A stretch of 63,663 nt of DNA, filler included, from Octopus bimaculoides (GCF_001194135.2; 8 parts of 7 records of this genome joined end to end with filler, not necessarily neighbours in it), one strand, 5' to 3'; counted from the first letter of the whole stretch, positions 50,065 to 62,320 are shown. Notes: generated from the sequence alone by a model not told the origin. Numbers and translations are program-made.

Positions 50065-51526
50065 ACATCTCATACATGCACATACTAAGGCATCATCTTT
50101 CGCTCACATACACTAACACATCTCTTCCACATTTACACTACCACGTCTCTGCACATACACACGCATTCTAAAGCATCTTTCACTTTACTAACACATTTTT
50201 TCCCCACAGATACACACTAAATCTCTCGCATTCTAACAAATCTCTTACACACATACACACTAGAATACCTATCTATATTCACGACTTACATTTTGTCGAG
50301 TAGAAATAATTACATCGATGTTTAGTCACTTAATTCTAACTGCATGACGCTGGACTGGTTGATTTTTTTTTCTTTTTTTTTCTTTTTTTTTTAATGAGTG
50401 TGTGTTAATTATTTACCATGGTCTGATGAGTGATGGGGGTTAGGATGTGGTGGGTTTACACAAAATAGGATGACTTTGTATTTTTTAATAAAACTAATGA
50501 ATTGGCATACATAGCTAAATTGAAACAGCCCCTTGTGTACAGAAGACTTTCTTAGAATGAGGGACAAATAGATGAAAATTTAAGTGATCAAATTAAGGCT
50601 ACGTATTCATTTTCGGGTGTGTATTTTGTTTAACCCTAGCTCGGCCCCAATCGAGCTGACCTATAACNNNNNNNNNNNNNNNNNNNNNNNNNNNNNNNNN
50701 NNNNNNNNNNNNNNNNNNNNNNNNNNNNNNNNNNNNNNNNNNNNNNNNNNNNNNNNNNNNNNNNNNNNNNNNNNNNNNNNNNNNNNNNNNNNNNNNNNNN
50801 NNNNNNNNNNNNNNNNNNNNNNNNNNNNNNNNNNNNNNNNNNNNNNNNNNNNNNNNNNNNNNNNNNNNNNNNNNNNNNNNNNNNNNNNNNNNNNNNNNNN
50901 NNNNNNNNNNNNNNNNNNNNNNNNNNNNNNNNNNNNNNNNNNNNNNNNNNNNNNNNNNNNNNNNNNNNNNNNNNNNNNNNNNNNNNNNNNNNNNNNNNNN
51001 NNNNACAAGATAATCCGATGTAAATGCGTTGGTAAAGCCCCTTATTGTAAGTCAGAAATCCTTTATAAAAAGTCTAAGCAAATCTTTCAAGTTATTGTTA
51101 CATGCGTTTTTTTAAGTTTTGATTTTTAATTCCATTCCGCAAGCGTCTTCGACTAAAACCAAAGAAGTGCAACGGACAAATATCTTGTAACGATAATAAT
51201 AATAATGTCTTGGTATTGTCGTGTTACAGTTGAAATTTTAGTTATCGTTTGCGGATTAAACGATAGAGGGGGATCGGATTAACGAAGCTTTTACAAAAAA
51301 AAAAAAGAAAAAAAAAGATCATAGAAAAGTATTGTGAAAAAATTTAGGAGGCTCCCCCCGAAAAAAATAATGCGATCGAGTGAAATGACAGTATGTCATA
51401 TTCTGTTAGATTTTGTTTTCAACGATAATCCCTTCCGAAATTATTAGAATTCTTTTACAGTTCTTGGTAGATGGTTTCGTCATGCTAGCTGTTGTGCCTT
51501 TCTCTGTTCTCTTTCCTTTCTGTCTT

Positions 51527-51560
<34 letters not shown>

Positions 51561-52384
51561 CCTTTCTCTCTTTTCCGCTGTGACATTTAACAAAAGATGT
51601 AACTGCGTGATAATGTCGTTTCGGGTTACAAACAGCACCACAGATGCATTTTAGTTTGAATCTGAAATGGTTACATCAGAGAGAGAGAGAGAGAGAAACA
51701 CACACACGTACGTACGTAGTCACACGCACGCACACAGGTTTCCAGCATCACCTCATTGTGTTTCGGAATAATGATTCCTCTCTCTCTCAATAGAACTGTC
51801 ATTTTCATTGCAAATAACGATATTCCAGCACTGCAGCCTCCCTCTCTCCCTCGCTGTCTCTCCATCTTCCTGTTCTCTTTCTCTTCTTTCTTCCTGTCAC
51901 CCCCCTCTCTCTTCATCTGCATCCTCTGTTTTCTCTCTCTCTCTCCCCTTCTCCCCTGTTAAACCCAACATCTCTCTCTAGTTTGGTTGCTGCACTCTCC
52001 AGATGTCTGTTGGTTATCGATAATGTTAGATCTCTTCACCGTGACGTTTGTATCATCAATTAGGAATTAAACACTAAAGGATGAGTGTAATTACATCACG
52101 TGCTTCCAGAGGCCCTACCTCACCTGTAATTATCTTTTACGTTCGTTCTATTTACAATTTGAAATATTTCTGTTTTCATAGATAAACCTGGCAAGCCGAA
52201 TATATCATTTTACTAAAGCTGGAAATNNNNNNNNNNNNNNNNNNNNNNNNNNNNNNNNNNNNNNNNNNNNTTAATTAATTAANNNNNNNNNNNNNNNNNN
52301 NNNNNNNNNNNNNNNNNNNNNNNNNNCACACACACACACACACACACACACACCACACACATACACACGCATATATATATTATA

Positions 52385-52600
52385 ATCTCAGGACGACCAA
52401 TGCCTTTTGAGTGGATTTCGTACACGGAAACTGAAAGAAAACTGTCGTATATATGTGTATACTTGTGTATGTGTGTGCGTGTTTGTACACGCACCATTAC
52501 TTTAGAAACGATGTTGTCATGCTTACGTTCCCATGACCTAGCGGTTCAGCAGAAACACTGATAGAATAAGTGCTAAACTTACAAAGAATAAATAGACGCG
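52385..52600 (+). mobile_element. Composite SINE fragment
   Basis: gaccaatgccttttgagtggatttcgtacacggaaactgaaag...ttagcggttcagc...gatagaataagt. Confidence 0.7.
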
Positions 52601-53089
52601 TACATGGGACTTTATGTTCGCGCTTGTGAATGTGTGCGTGTATACGGGTACGTGCATATATAGATGTATTTCCGTACATGCGAAAATATGCGCATATAAA
52701 CGGATTTTAACCTAATACTTTTTACACACTTTCTCCTGTAATTTGCTTTTAGCCCTGCGTGCATGCGTATGGGTGCAAGGCTGCTGAGTGCGTGGGTGTG
52801 TAGGTGTGTATGCGGGTATACCCGTGTATGCGGGTATATATATGTATATGTATATATATGTATAGTTTTTTGTGATTATGTGTGTGAGCATGTGTTTCAA
52901 CCGAGGGTGGTTTAGTATATACATATAGGCGAATGTACGGATTGGTGCGCTTACGCGAACACTATAGGCTTTTCTACCCCCTTACCTTTATTCCCTCCCC
53001 TTACTTAGCTGTATATAGCTCTTTTGTCTTAATAACCGTCAACCACACAGTAATTTCCCTTTGTTTAACGGTCATTTTTCACAGGAAGT

Positions 53090-53173
53090 TTCAATGGCCG
53101 GATAACTGAAGAGATGTTGTCGTGGGTTCCCACCCCGACATCCGAAACTCGGAGCTTTATCATGGCTACCGAA
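53090..53173 (+). ncRNA. Type I hammerhead-ribozyme-like motif (probably Penelope-like-element derived) with a non-canonical C16.1
   Basis: Core CUGAAGA at 53106-53112. Stem II GAUGUUG/CGACAUC. GAAAC at 53144-53148. Palindromic stem III CUC-G-GAG. Stem I GAUAA/UUAUC is extended by about 9 further pairs. Folded by eye. Confidence 0.6.
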
Positions 53174-53504
53174 TAGGTGTCATATATTTTTACAGATAAA
53201 TCGATCTCTCTTTCATTCTTTTGTTGTCCTTTCTATCAATATATATATATATATATAAATATATATGTAGGTCTAATGCTCTAACCTTCGACTTTTTTGT
53301 GGGCAACCAGATCAAACGGTCTCAAGTGCAACTGCCCGAAACAGCAAGGACTGGTATTCTTGACTGGGGAAAGAAGTCAATAAATGTCCCGTCGTTTTCT
53401 TTGCCTGTCCCAATTGTTGTTTCTCCTGTCTGCCTTTGTATCATCTATCTGTCCGAATGTTTTATTGTCAGCTATTGCGTTTTGTTCCATCATATATATA
53501 TATA

Positions 53505-53664
53505 GGGGTGGATGTTACTGTTGCTTTTAGCCCCAGGAGGACATCTCCTCCAGTTGGCTTATCGACACACTACTGTGTCCTGTTTGCCAAGGGAAGTTAT
53601 CCCTCCCATCATGATCTGGAGGAGATGTCCTCCTGGGGCTAAAAGCAACAGTAACATCCACCCC
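53505..53664. mobile_element. 160-bp palindromic MITE-like element inserted in (TA)n
   Basis: Perfect 49-bp inverted repeats at 53505-53553 and 53616-53664, a 62-nt spacer, and TA repeats on both sides. Confidence 0.8.
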
Positions 53665-53973
53665 TATATATATATATGNNNNNNNNNNNNNNNNNNNNNN
53701 NNNNNNNNNNNNNNNNNNNNNNNNNNNNNNNNNNNNNNNNNNNNNNNNNNNNNNNNNNNNNNNNNNNNNNNNNNNNNNNNNNNNNNNNNNNNNNNNNNNN
53801 NNNNNNNNNNNNNNNNNNNNNNNNNNNNNATATATATATATACACGTTTGTGAATTTGTGTTGCAAGATGCCTGATGTGAAGCCGCAGGTTCAAACAGAT
53901 ATTGTATTTCAAGATGGTCATTTTGGAAGGGGTTTTTTCTGCCAAATACACACACAAACTATATACTCGTTCT

Positions 53974-54178
53974 TCACTCGTTTATTACTATTCTCATTCT
54001 AACTCGTGTCCATTGTCCGGAAATCTTTTGTGGCACATTTGTGACCTCTTCTGCGACACTTTCCTTCCTCGTGTGTGCTCCTGCTCCGCTTATTCCATTC
54101 TAAGAAGTCACACATGTGTGACGAAAGATTTCCGGACAATGAACATGAGTTAGAATAAGAACAGTAATAAATGAGTGA
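53974..54178. repeat. Imperfect inverted repeat (~77-bp arms, ~51-nt spacer), MITE-like
   Basis: Arms 53974-54050 and 54102-54178 differ at about 10 positions. Confidence 0.75.
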
Positions 54179-55439
54179 TTACTGAATATATAGTGGGTGT
54201 AAAAATTTGTCAAAGTAAAAAAAAATACCATTCTGAATAACTACAATACAGAATATATAAATACACACACACACACACATACATGCACACATACACAGAC
54301 ATATGCAGACGTACATACATGCATACATGAATACATACATACATGAATACATACATACAGACAGACAGACTTACATACATACATACATAGATATATATAT
54401 ATATATACACAAACTAGATTATGATAATCAATAGTAGCAGTCGTACATCTCTTTACGCATACAATTTAATACCATATCTATCTATCTGTCTATCTGTCTA
54501 TCTCTCTCGCTCTCTCTATATATGTATATGCGTTTGTGTGCGCGCGCGTGTGTGTATCTCTATACATACGTGCATACGCACACATACAAATATATATATA
54601 TATATATATACATGTATGCATAATTATACAGACATACATACATACATGTTATATATTATGCCCACATGTGTGTATGTCTGTGTGTGTGCCTGTGTGTGTA
54701 TGTGCGTGTGTGTATCTTTGTGTCTGTGCGTGTGTGTGTCTGTGTTTATGTGCTAGTTTCTGACAGGCGGGTCAGAGCTTATGATTTATTTAAAAATCAA
54801 CTAAATTTGTTGTCATTTCTACTTTAGTTTACTTGTAGACTGCCTAACTTTCTTGTTTATTGGTTTTCCATATTATTTCTTACGTTGTGTAAATCAACAG
54901 AAAGAAATTTTAGCTTCAAAAATTATATACTACATGAATATAGCTAAATGATAATTAACCCAAAGATACTGTAAATATTGTATATTATTCTAATACACAT
55001 GCGAGCGTGTTTCTTCTGCATGTGTTCGTGTACACGTCTATATGAATGTGTATTGGTTTTTTTCTTCGTTTAATGATCTGTTCATGTGTTGTTTCGATGT
55101 AGGGAACACTGATTTGAATGTACACAAAGGTATGTTGCTACGTAGGCAATGGGATAACTAAGCATTGAAGCGCAAATTAATATTTCAGTGAAGACAAGTA
55201 CAGCGATAAATTGTGCGACGTTAATTAAATTAAAACGTAGAAAATAAAGGGAGATTTAGAGGAGCTTATGAACGCTGTGTGGGTAATATTGTCTTAGAGT
55301 GCGGGTATGATGGTGTGTCGATCAAAAGGGATCGTAGGGAGGGAAAAAGGGGGGAGTTCGATCAAAGGGGATCGAGAAAAAAAAAGCGATCAATAGGGAT
55401 CGTTTATCACACAGTAATGTTCTCGTGTAAAAAGAGGGG

Positions 55440-56500
55440 AGGACAGTTTAGGCTTAGCCGTGGAAAGAAAAGCCTACGGAAAAGACCACGGTAGCCTTGG
55501 TCAATATTGTCATTACAGAAACTATAACAGTAAGTGATTCTCTTTTGCCTTTTTGTTTTTTGTCTGGATTTTTTTTACTCTTATATAGTGTTATGCTCAA
55601 GGTGGCTCCATCATTTACACGTGCCATCCTTGCTACATTCACCCATCTTTTTTTGAAGCATTCACTAGACAAGACTTCCCTTTCTACTCTCACCTTCCTC
55701 TTCAGATGATACTTGAAGAAGTTGTTCGACGTAAGCCCACAGCTCGGAAATGGTGGGACACTGTACGAGTGCGTGCAGAACGGTTTCGTCGCTCCGCCTG
55801 CATCTCGGACAGGTCGGCCCCGTGTTTCTCAAGCCATGCCTGTAGAGCTTATCCCGAACGGGTAGAGCTTCTCGATAGCACTGCCANNNNNNNNNNNNNN
55901 NNNNNNNNNNNNNNNNNNNNNNNNNNNNNNTTAATTAATTAANNNNNNNNNNNNNNNNNNNNNNNNNNNNNNNNNNNNNNNNNNNNGTCAGTACATACAA
56001 ATGAGACGAGAGGGGGAAACTTTACCGGATCGAGCGCATAATGTTGAACGGCATGAGAGGTGACCGTTCATTCTGACCACTGAACAGATGTCGCTGTGCA
56101 TTGTAGTGATCCAGCCCCTGAATACAGACCTGAAACTAGCTGCCTTGAGGATCGCCGCCAGGTTTAGATGGTGGACCCTATCGAAGGCTTTAAACTGATC
56201 TAAATTGATCGGGGCTCCACCCGTGCCAGGTTCTTTAGTCACTTTTTCAATGATGTATCGCATGAGGTGGAGTTTGTTGTAGATAGATCTTTTCGGAGTG
56301 GCACATGTCTGTGCCTCCTCTATCAGATCTCGGACGACGTAGCTAACACCTTGGCCAAAATTTTGAACTCTACATTCAGCAGAGTTATGGGCCTAAAGTT
56401 GTCAATACAATCCTCCTTGTTCAGGTTTTTTCTCAACAACGCTACCGCTGGAATTTTGAAAATGCAATTTTTTGAAAAAAAATTTTCAGAATTGGATCCT
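55440..56500 (-). mobile_element. Tx1/L1-clade LINE fragment (RT plus 3' region), interrupted by a gap
   Basis: INLDQFKAFDRVHH...FRSVFRGWITTMHSDICSVVRMNGHLS is an L1/Tx1-type RT segment. The 3' part is similar to 60945-61200. Confidence 0.8.
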
Positions 56501-56739
56501 CTATAACCAAAAAACGTGGGATTCCGTAAAAAAAAAAGATCAATATATAACCATTTTACCGGAAGTTATGACGGAAAAATCGGATCGTGTAAATTTTCCG
56601 AAAGTACCCTCCCCACCCCTCCCCCCAGGGTCGTTAGCATCGCATTTTTTTTTTCATATTCATTTTCTACACACTTGTTAACACCAATCAGGCTGGTTTA
56701 TTTTTTCTTTTCTTTTTTTTTTTTTGTTCCTGGGTAAAG

Positions 56740-56866
56740 GTCTTTATATTGACCCATCTTTCCACGGGGACTTAGAATTAACTGCAGGATGTGTTGATGA
56801 GTCTGAGACAATTGTTAAACCCTGGATAAAGGATATACGTGCTTCAGCAAGACAGCACTTTCTCAC
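56740..56866 (+). mobile_element. Tc1/mariner-superfamily transposase fragment (maT/DD37D-like), runs into a gap
   Basis: ETIVKPWI followed by (frameshifted) YVLQQDSTFSH resembles ETVVKPW...YVFQQDSAPxH. Confidence 0.55.
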
Positions 56867-57734
56867 NNNNNNNNNNNNNNNNNNNNNNNNNNNNNNNNNN
56901 NNNNNNNNNNNNNNNNNNNNNNNNNNNNNNNNNNNNNNNNNNNNNNNNNNNNNNNNNNNNNNNNNNNNNNNNNNNNNNNNNNNNNNNNNNNNNNNNNNNN
57001 NNNNNNNNNNNNNNNNNNNNNNNNNNNNNNNNNNNNNNNNNNNNNNNNNNNNNNNNNNNNNNNNNNNNNNNNNNNNNNNNNNNNNNNNNNNNNNNNNNNN
57101 NNNNNNNNNNNNNNNNNNNNNNNNNNNNNNNNNNNNNNNNNNNNNNNNNNNNNNNNNNNNNNNNNNNNNNNNNNNNNNNNNNNNNNNNNNNNNNNNNNNN
57201 NNNNNNNNNNNNNNNNNNNNNNNNNNNNNNNNNNNNNNNNNNNNNNNNNNNNNNNNNNNNNNNNNNNNNNNNNNNNNNNNNNNNNNNNNNNNNNTATATA
57301 TATATATATATATATTCGTTTATTTATTTATATTATTCAAGTGTGTAGCACTTCCGTTTGAGATTAACCGAGATTTGTACTGCTGAACCGGATCTTGAAT
57401 TCAGCAGCGGAAATGTTTCTAAGCTCCGGCTAAGTAACCCCTAAGATTCGCCATCTGTCGTTTGGGAAGGTCAACGTTTAAGAGACTTGTTCTTACCGAA
57501 GGGTTTTAGAATCGTTTCGAAATATAAACATTAACTTTTTCTCATTTTTCCTTTTCTGTTTTATTTTTCTTTTCTTTATTTTCTTTGTTAATCAGGCGAT
57601 TAGTCGGGTTTTCTCTTCGGTTTTTATTCCTGTTTAAGTTTATTATCCATTTACAGAAGAACTTTCTTGACTGCAACTGCATAGCGACCAACGTCATATC
57701 TTCATCCTCTGTTCGTCGTCAGGTCACCGTCAGA

Positions 57735-57870
57735 TTTATCATCATCATCACCATCATACTCATCATCATCATCATCATCATACTCATCATTTGTCACTAT
57801 CGTCATTATTGTCATCATCATTCATTTATTATCATCTTTATGATCACCATTGTCATCAACATCAACATAG
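57735..57870. repeat. Degenerate (ATC)n repeat
   Basis: atcatcatcatcaccatcatactcatcatcatc... Confidence 0.85.
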
Positions 57871-58049
57871 TCAACGGTCGAAGCCACTGTCGTCTTAACT
57901 GTTATATCTTTTGATACCGAGTTAATGACGGAACCCCAAGTAGTCGTTAGACCTGCTAGAAATAGCAAACACGTGTGTGTGTGTGTACGTACTTGTGTTT
58001 GTGGAGGGAAGTCGACTCAAATAATGAGTACGATCATTGCTTTCTTTTT

Positions 58050-58253
58050 TTTAATTTTTTACTTGTTTCAGTCACTTGACTGCGGCCATGCTGGAGCACC
58101 GCCTTTAGTCGAGAAAATCGACCCCAGGACTTATTCTTTGTAAGCCCAGTACTTATTCTATCCGTCTCTTTTTGCCGAACCGCTAAGTTACGGGGACGTA
58201 AACACACCAGCATCGGTTGTCAAGCGATGGTGGAGGGGCAAACACAGACACAC
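58050..58253 (-). mobile_element. Composite SINE, 3' half, runs into a gap
   Basis: Very similar to 1543-1735. Confidence 0.85.
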
Positions 58254-59253
58254 NNNNNNNNNNNNNNNNNNNNNNNNNNNNNNNNNNNNNNNNNNNNNNN
58301 NNNNNNNNNNNNNNNNNNNNNNNNNNNNNNNNNNNNNNNNNNNNNNNNNNNNNNNNNNNNNNNNNNNNNNNNNNNNNNNNNNNNNNNNNNNNNNNNNNNN
58401 NNNNNNNNNNNNNNNNNNNNNNNNNNNNNNNNNNNNNNNNNNNNNNNNNNNNNNNNNNNNNNNNNNNNNNNNNNNNNNNNNNNNNNNNNNNNNNNNNNNN
58501 NNNNNNNNNNNNNNNNNNNNNNNNNNNNNNNNNNNNNNNNNNNNNNNNNNNNNNNNNNNNNNNNNNNNNNNNNNNNNNNNNNNNNNNNNNNNNNNNNNNN
58601 NNNNNNNNNNNNNNNNNNNNNNNNNNNNNNNNNNNNNNNNNNNNNNNNNNNNNNNNNNNNNNNNNNNNNNNNNNNNNNNNNNNNNNNNNNNNNNNNNNNN
58701 NNNNNNNNNNNNNNNNNNNNNNNNNNNNNNNNNNNNNNNNNNNNNNNNNNNNNNNNNNNNNNNNNNNNNNNNNNNNNNNNNNNNNNNNNNNNNNNNNNNN
58801 NNNNNNNNNNNNNNNNNNNNNNNNNNNNNNNNNNNNNNNNNNNNNNNNNNNNNNNNNNNNNNNNNNNNNNNNNNNNNNNNNNNNNNNNNNNNNNNNNNNN
58901 NNNNNNNNNNNNNNNNNNNNNNNNNNNNNNNNNNNNNNNNNNNNNNNNNNNNNNNNNNNNNNNNNNNNNNNNNNNNNNNNNNNNNNNNNNNNNNNNNNNN
59001 NNNNNNNNNNNNNNNNNNNNNNNNNNNNNNNNNNNNNNNNNNNNNNNNNNNNNNNNNNNNNNNNNNNNNNNNNNNNNNNNNNNNNNNNNNNNNNNNNNNN
59101 NNNNNNNNNNNNNNNNNNNNNNNNNNNNNNNNNNNNNNNNNNNNNNNNNNNNNNNNNNNNNNNNNNNNNNNNNNNNNNNNNNNNNNNNNNNNNNNNNNNN
59201 NNNNNNNNNNNNNNNNNNNNNNNNNNNNNNNNNNNNNNNNNNNNNNNNNNNNN

Positions 59254-59302
<49 letters not shown>

Positions 59303-59340
59303 CATACATATGTATATATATAATTATGTATGTGTATGTG

Positions 59341-59375
<35 letters not shown>

Positions 59376-59767
59376 ACACACGCGCGCACGCACATACAAA
59401 GCGTATATCTTGTGTATACAACTACAAACAACTGTCATTGTTGTGTTTAGAGCTCCACGTAGTTTTATACGTTCCAGTCTGCTTCTGGACATATAAACGT
59501 AGATGTGTGTGTGTATGTGTATGTGTGTGTGCGCGCGCGCGCGTTATCTTCGCTAGTTTCCGCTATTGGAATGCAGTTACACCGGAGCATCGCTTCAAAG
59601 GGGTTTTTCCCTTTTTAGTCGATTATATCTGCCCTAGAGATAATATTTGACTTCCCTGATAATCAAAGTGCTCTTTACTTGTCCCACATTTAAGCGACGT
59701 GACATTTACCCAGACGCCGTTTTTACAAGATTTGTCAACGTTAAGACATACCAAGAAACGCATACAA

Positions 59768-59798
<31 letters not shown>

Positions 59799-59845
59799 CA
59801 CACACATGTATATATATACATACATACAAACACACAGCCGCATAC

Positions 59846-60100
59846 TGTGGAGGCGCATGGCTTAGTGGTTAGGGGTGTTTGACTCGTGCTCGTAAGATTG
59901 TCGTTTCGATTCCTGGGCCGGGTGACGCATTGCGTCCTTGAGCACGACACTTTATTTCATGTTGCTCCAGTCTACCAAGCTGGCAAAAATGAGTAATCTT
60001 GCGACGAACCGGCGTCCCGTCCAGGTGAGGAATATATACACCATAAAACCGGCAAACCTTATGAGTTGGGATGACTTGAGGAGGTAACATTCGCTTTACT
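59846..60100 (+). mobile_element. tRNA-derived SINE (second family)
   Basis: A box TGGCTTAGTGG, B box GTTTCGATTCC, and block cactttatttcatgttgctccag. Confidence 0.8.
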
Positions 60101-60139
60101 TTTTTACACACGCATATTCTTTTCTTTTGTTCTTTTTCT

Positions 60140-60362
60140 TATTTCACTCATTAGATTTTGGCCATGCTGGAGCGTCGCCTTGACGGCTTTAGTCGAACAA
60201 ATCGACCCCAGTAGTTCCCATTTTTTTAAAAATCCAGGTAATTAATTCTATCGTACGCTTTTTGGCGAAGCACTAAGTTATTGAGACGTAAACAAACCAA
60301 GTGGTTGTCAAGTGGTGGTAGGGGATAAACACAAGCACAAAGACGCACACACACACTCACAG

Positions 60363-60394
<32 letters not shown>

Positions 60395-60560
60395 ACACAC
60401 GCACACATACACATATACGATAGGCTTCTTCCAGTTTCCGTCTGTCAAATCCACTCACAAAACTTAGGCTGGCCCAGAGCTATTGCAGAAGACATTTACC
60501 CAGTGTTACGTAGCGAAACTAAATCTGGAACCAAGCTTCTTACCACACAGCCACGCATAT
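60140..60560 (-). mobile_element. Composite SINE, full length
   Basis: Colinear with 1543-1950, including the (CA)n core. Confidence 0.8.
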
Positions 60561-60944
60561 ACACACGCGCACACACACACACACACATACACACACATAC
60601 ATAAATATATAAATACAAATACACTCACCCACAACTTATCTTCGCAGTTTACGCTCGAGACACTTGTCAGAAATAAAGAAAATAAAGAGTGACTCAGTGA
60701 AATCGAAACAGAAAAAAATATGACAGCATAGTGAACTTCTTAACAACACGGTCGTGGCTACGCCTACGTCACTACTCCGTAAAGTACATAATACATTTGC
60801 AGCTCAGAGTTTAATTATTTCTATCTGAGTATTGACTCTACAGTTGAATCATTCGTTTTCAATTCCTCTTAGAAAGCACATTGTGTATCGTGCTCAATAT
60901 AACGGATAATTCACTCATCGAGCCGAATTCAAAACGGGGAACAG

Positions 60945-62320
60945 ATTAGGTTTGTCCGTGGCGAGAAAAGCTTTTTTTTTTAAAAAGGTACATGAAAGTA
61001 AGTACCTTCTCTCTTTTTGTTACAAGTTTATGCTTAAAATGGTGTCGTCTTTCATACTTACCATTCTTGCCACATTTACCCATTTTTTATTGAAACTTTC
61101 ATTCGACAACACTTTCCTCTCTATCCTCATCCTCTTTTTCAAGTGGTACTTGAAAAAAGTTGACGTGGGACTGACCAGAGAGGAAAGTGTTTGTTTGTAA
61201 ACCTTTCAAACGCGTCCACCACACGCATTCTTTCGCCATAGCTATCNNNNNNNNNNNNNNNNNNNNNNNNNNNNNNNNNNNNNNNNNNNNNNNNNNNNNN
61301 NNNNNNNNNNNNNNNNNNNNNNNNNNNNNNNNNNNNNNNNNNNNNNNNNNNNNNNNNNNNNNNNNNNNNNNNNNNNNNNNNNNNNNNNNNNNNNNNNNNN
61401 NNNNNNNNNNNNNNNNNNNNNNNNNNNNNNNNNNNNNNNNNNNNNNNNNNNNNNNNNNNNNNNNNNNNNNNNNNNNNNNNNNNNNNNNNNNNNNNNNNNN
61501 NNNNNNNNNNNNNNNNNNNNNNNNNNNNNNNNNNNNNNNNNNNNNNNNNNNNNNNNNNNNNNNNNNNNNNNNNNNNNNNNNNNNNNNNNNNNNNNNNNNN
61601 NNNNNNNNNNNNNNNNNNNNNNNNNNNNNNNNNNNNNNNNNNNNNNNNNNNNNNNNNNNNNNNNNNNNNNNNNNNNNNNNNNNNNNNNNNNNNNNNNNNN
61701 NNNNNNNNNNNNNNNNNNNNNNNNNNNNNNNNNNNNNNNNNNNNNNNNNNNNNNNNNNNNNNNNNNNNNNNNNNNNNNNNNNNNNNNNNNNNNNNNNNNN
61801 NNNNNNNNNNNNNNNNNNNNNNNNNNNNNNNNNNNNNNNNNNNNNNNNNNNNNNNNNNNNNNNNNNNNNNNNNNNNNNNNNNNNNNNNNNNNNNNNNNNN
61901 NNNNNNNNNNNNNNNNNNNNNNNNNNNNNNNNNNNNNNNNNNNNNNNNNNNNNNNNNNNNNNNNNNNNNNNNNNNNNNNNNNNNNNNNNNNNNNNNNNNN
62001 NNNNNNNNNNNNNNNNNNNNNNNNNNNNNNNNNNNNNNNNNNNNNNNNCAGCGCATGTCTGTGCATCATTAACCATGGCATCGCCAGTCCTCCATGTAAC
62101 GGTTGTTGACAGCAAATGGATCGCCTCACCATCGGAACGCTACCCTTCCACAGAAAGCGGAAGAGTATGCGTTCTAGGTTTCGTGATGGTGGCATCGGGA
62201 CAAGGCACGACGGTCAGGCGGTAATCGATGACTGATGCGATATACACATTAACCACCTCCGCCCGACCTTTTAGAGATAACTTTCTCTCGGCCCATGTTT
62301 GGCTGAGTTTGATTACTCTA
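60945..62320 (-). mobile_element. Second Tx1/L1-clade LINE copy spanning a gap
   Basis: TWAERKLSLKGRAEVVNVYIASVI and ILFRFLWKGSVPMVRRSICCQQPLHGGLAMP. Its 3' end is homologous to 55450-55720. Confidence 0.8.

Noticed and set aside
53085-53176. Possible coding exon after tttttcacAG
   Set aside because: The available frames end in stops before a convincing donor, there is no Trio similarity, and the hammerhead fold explains the sequence better.
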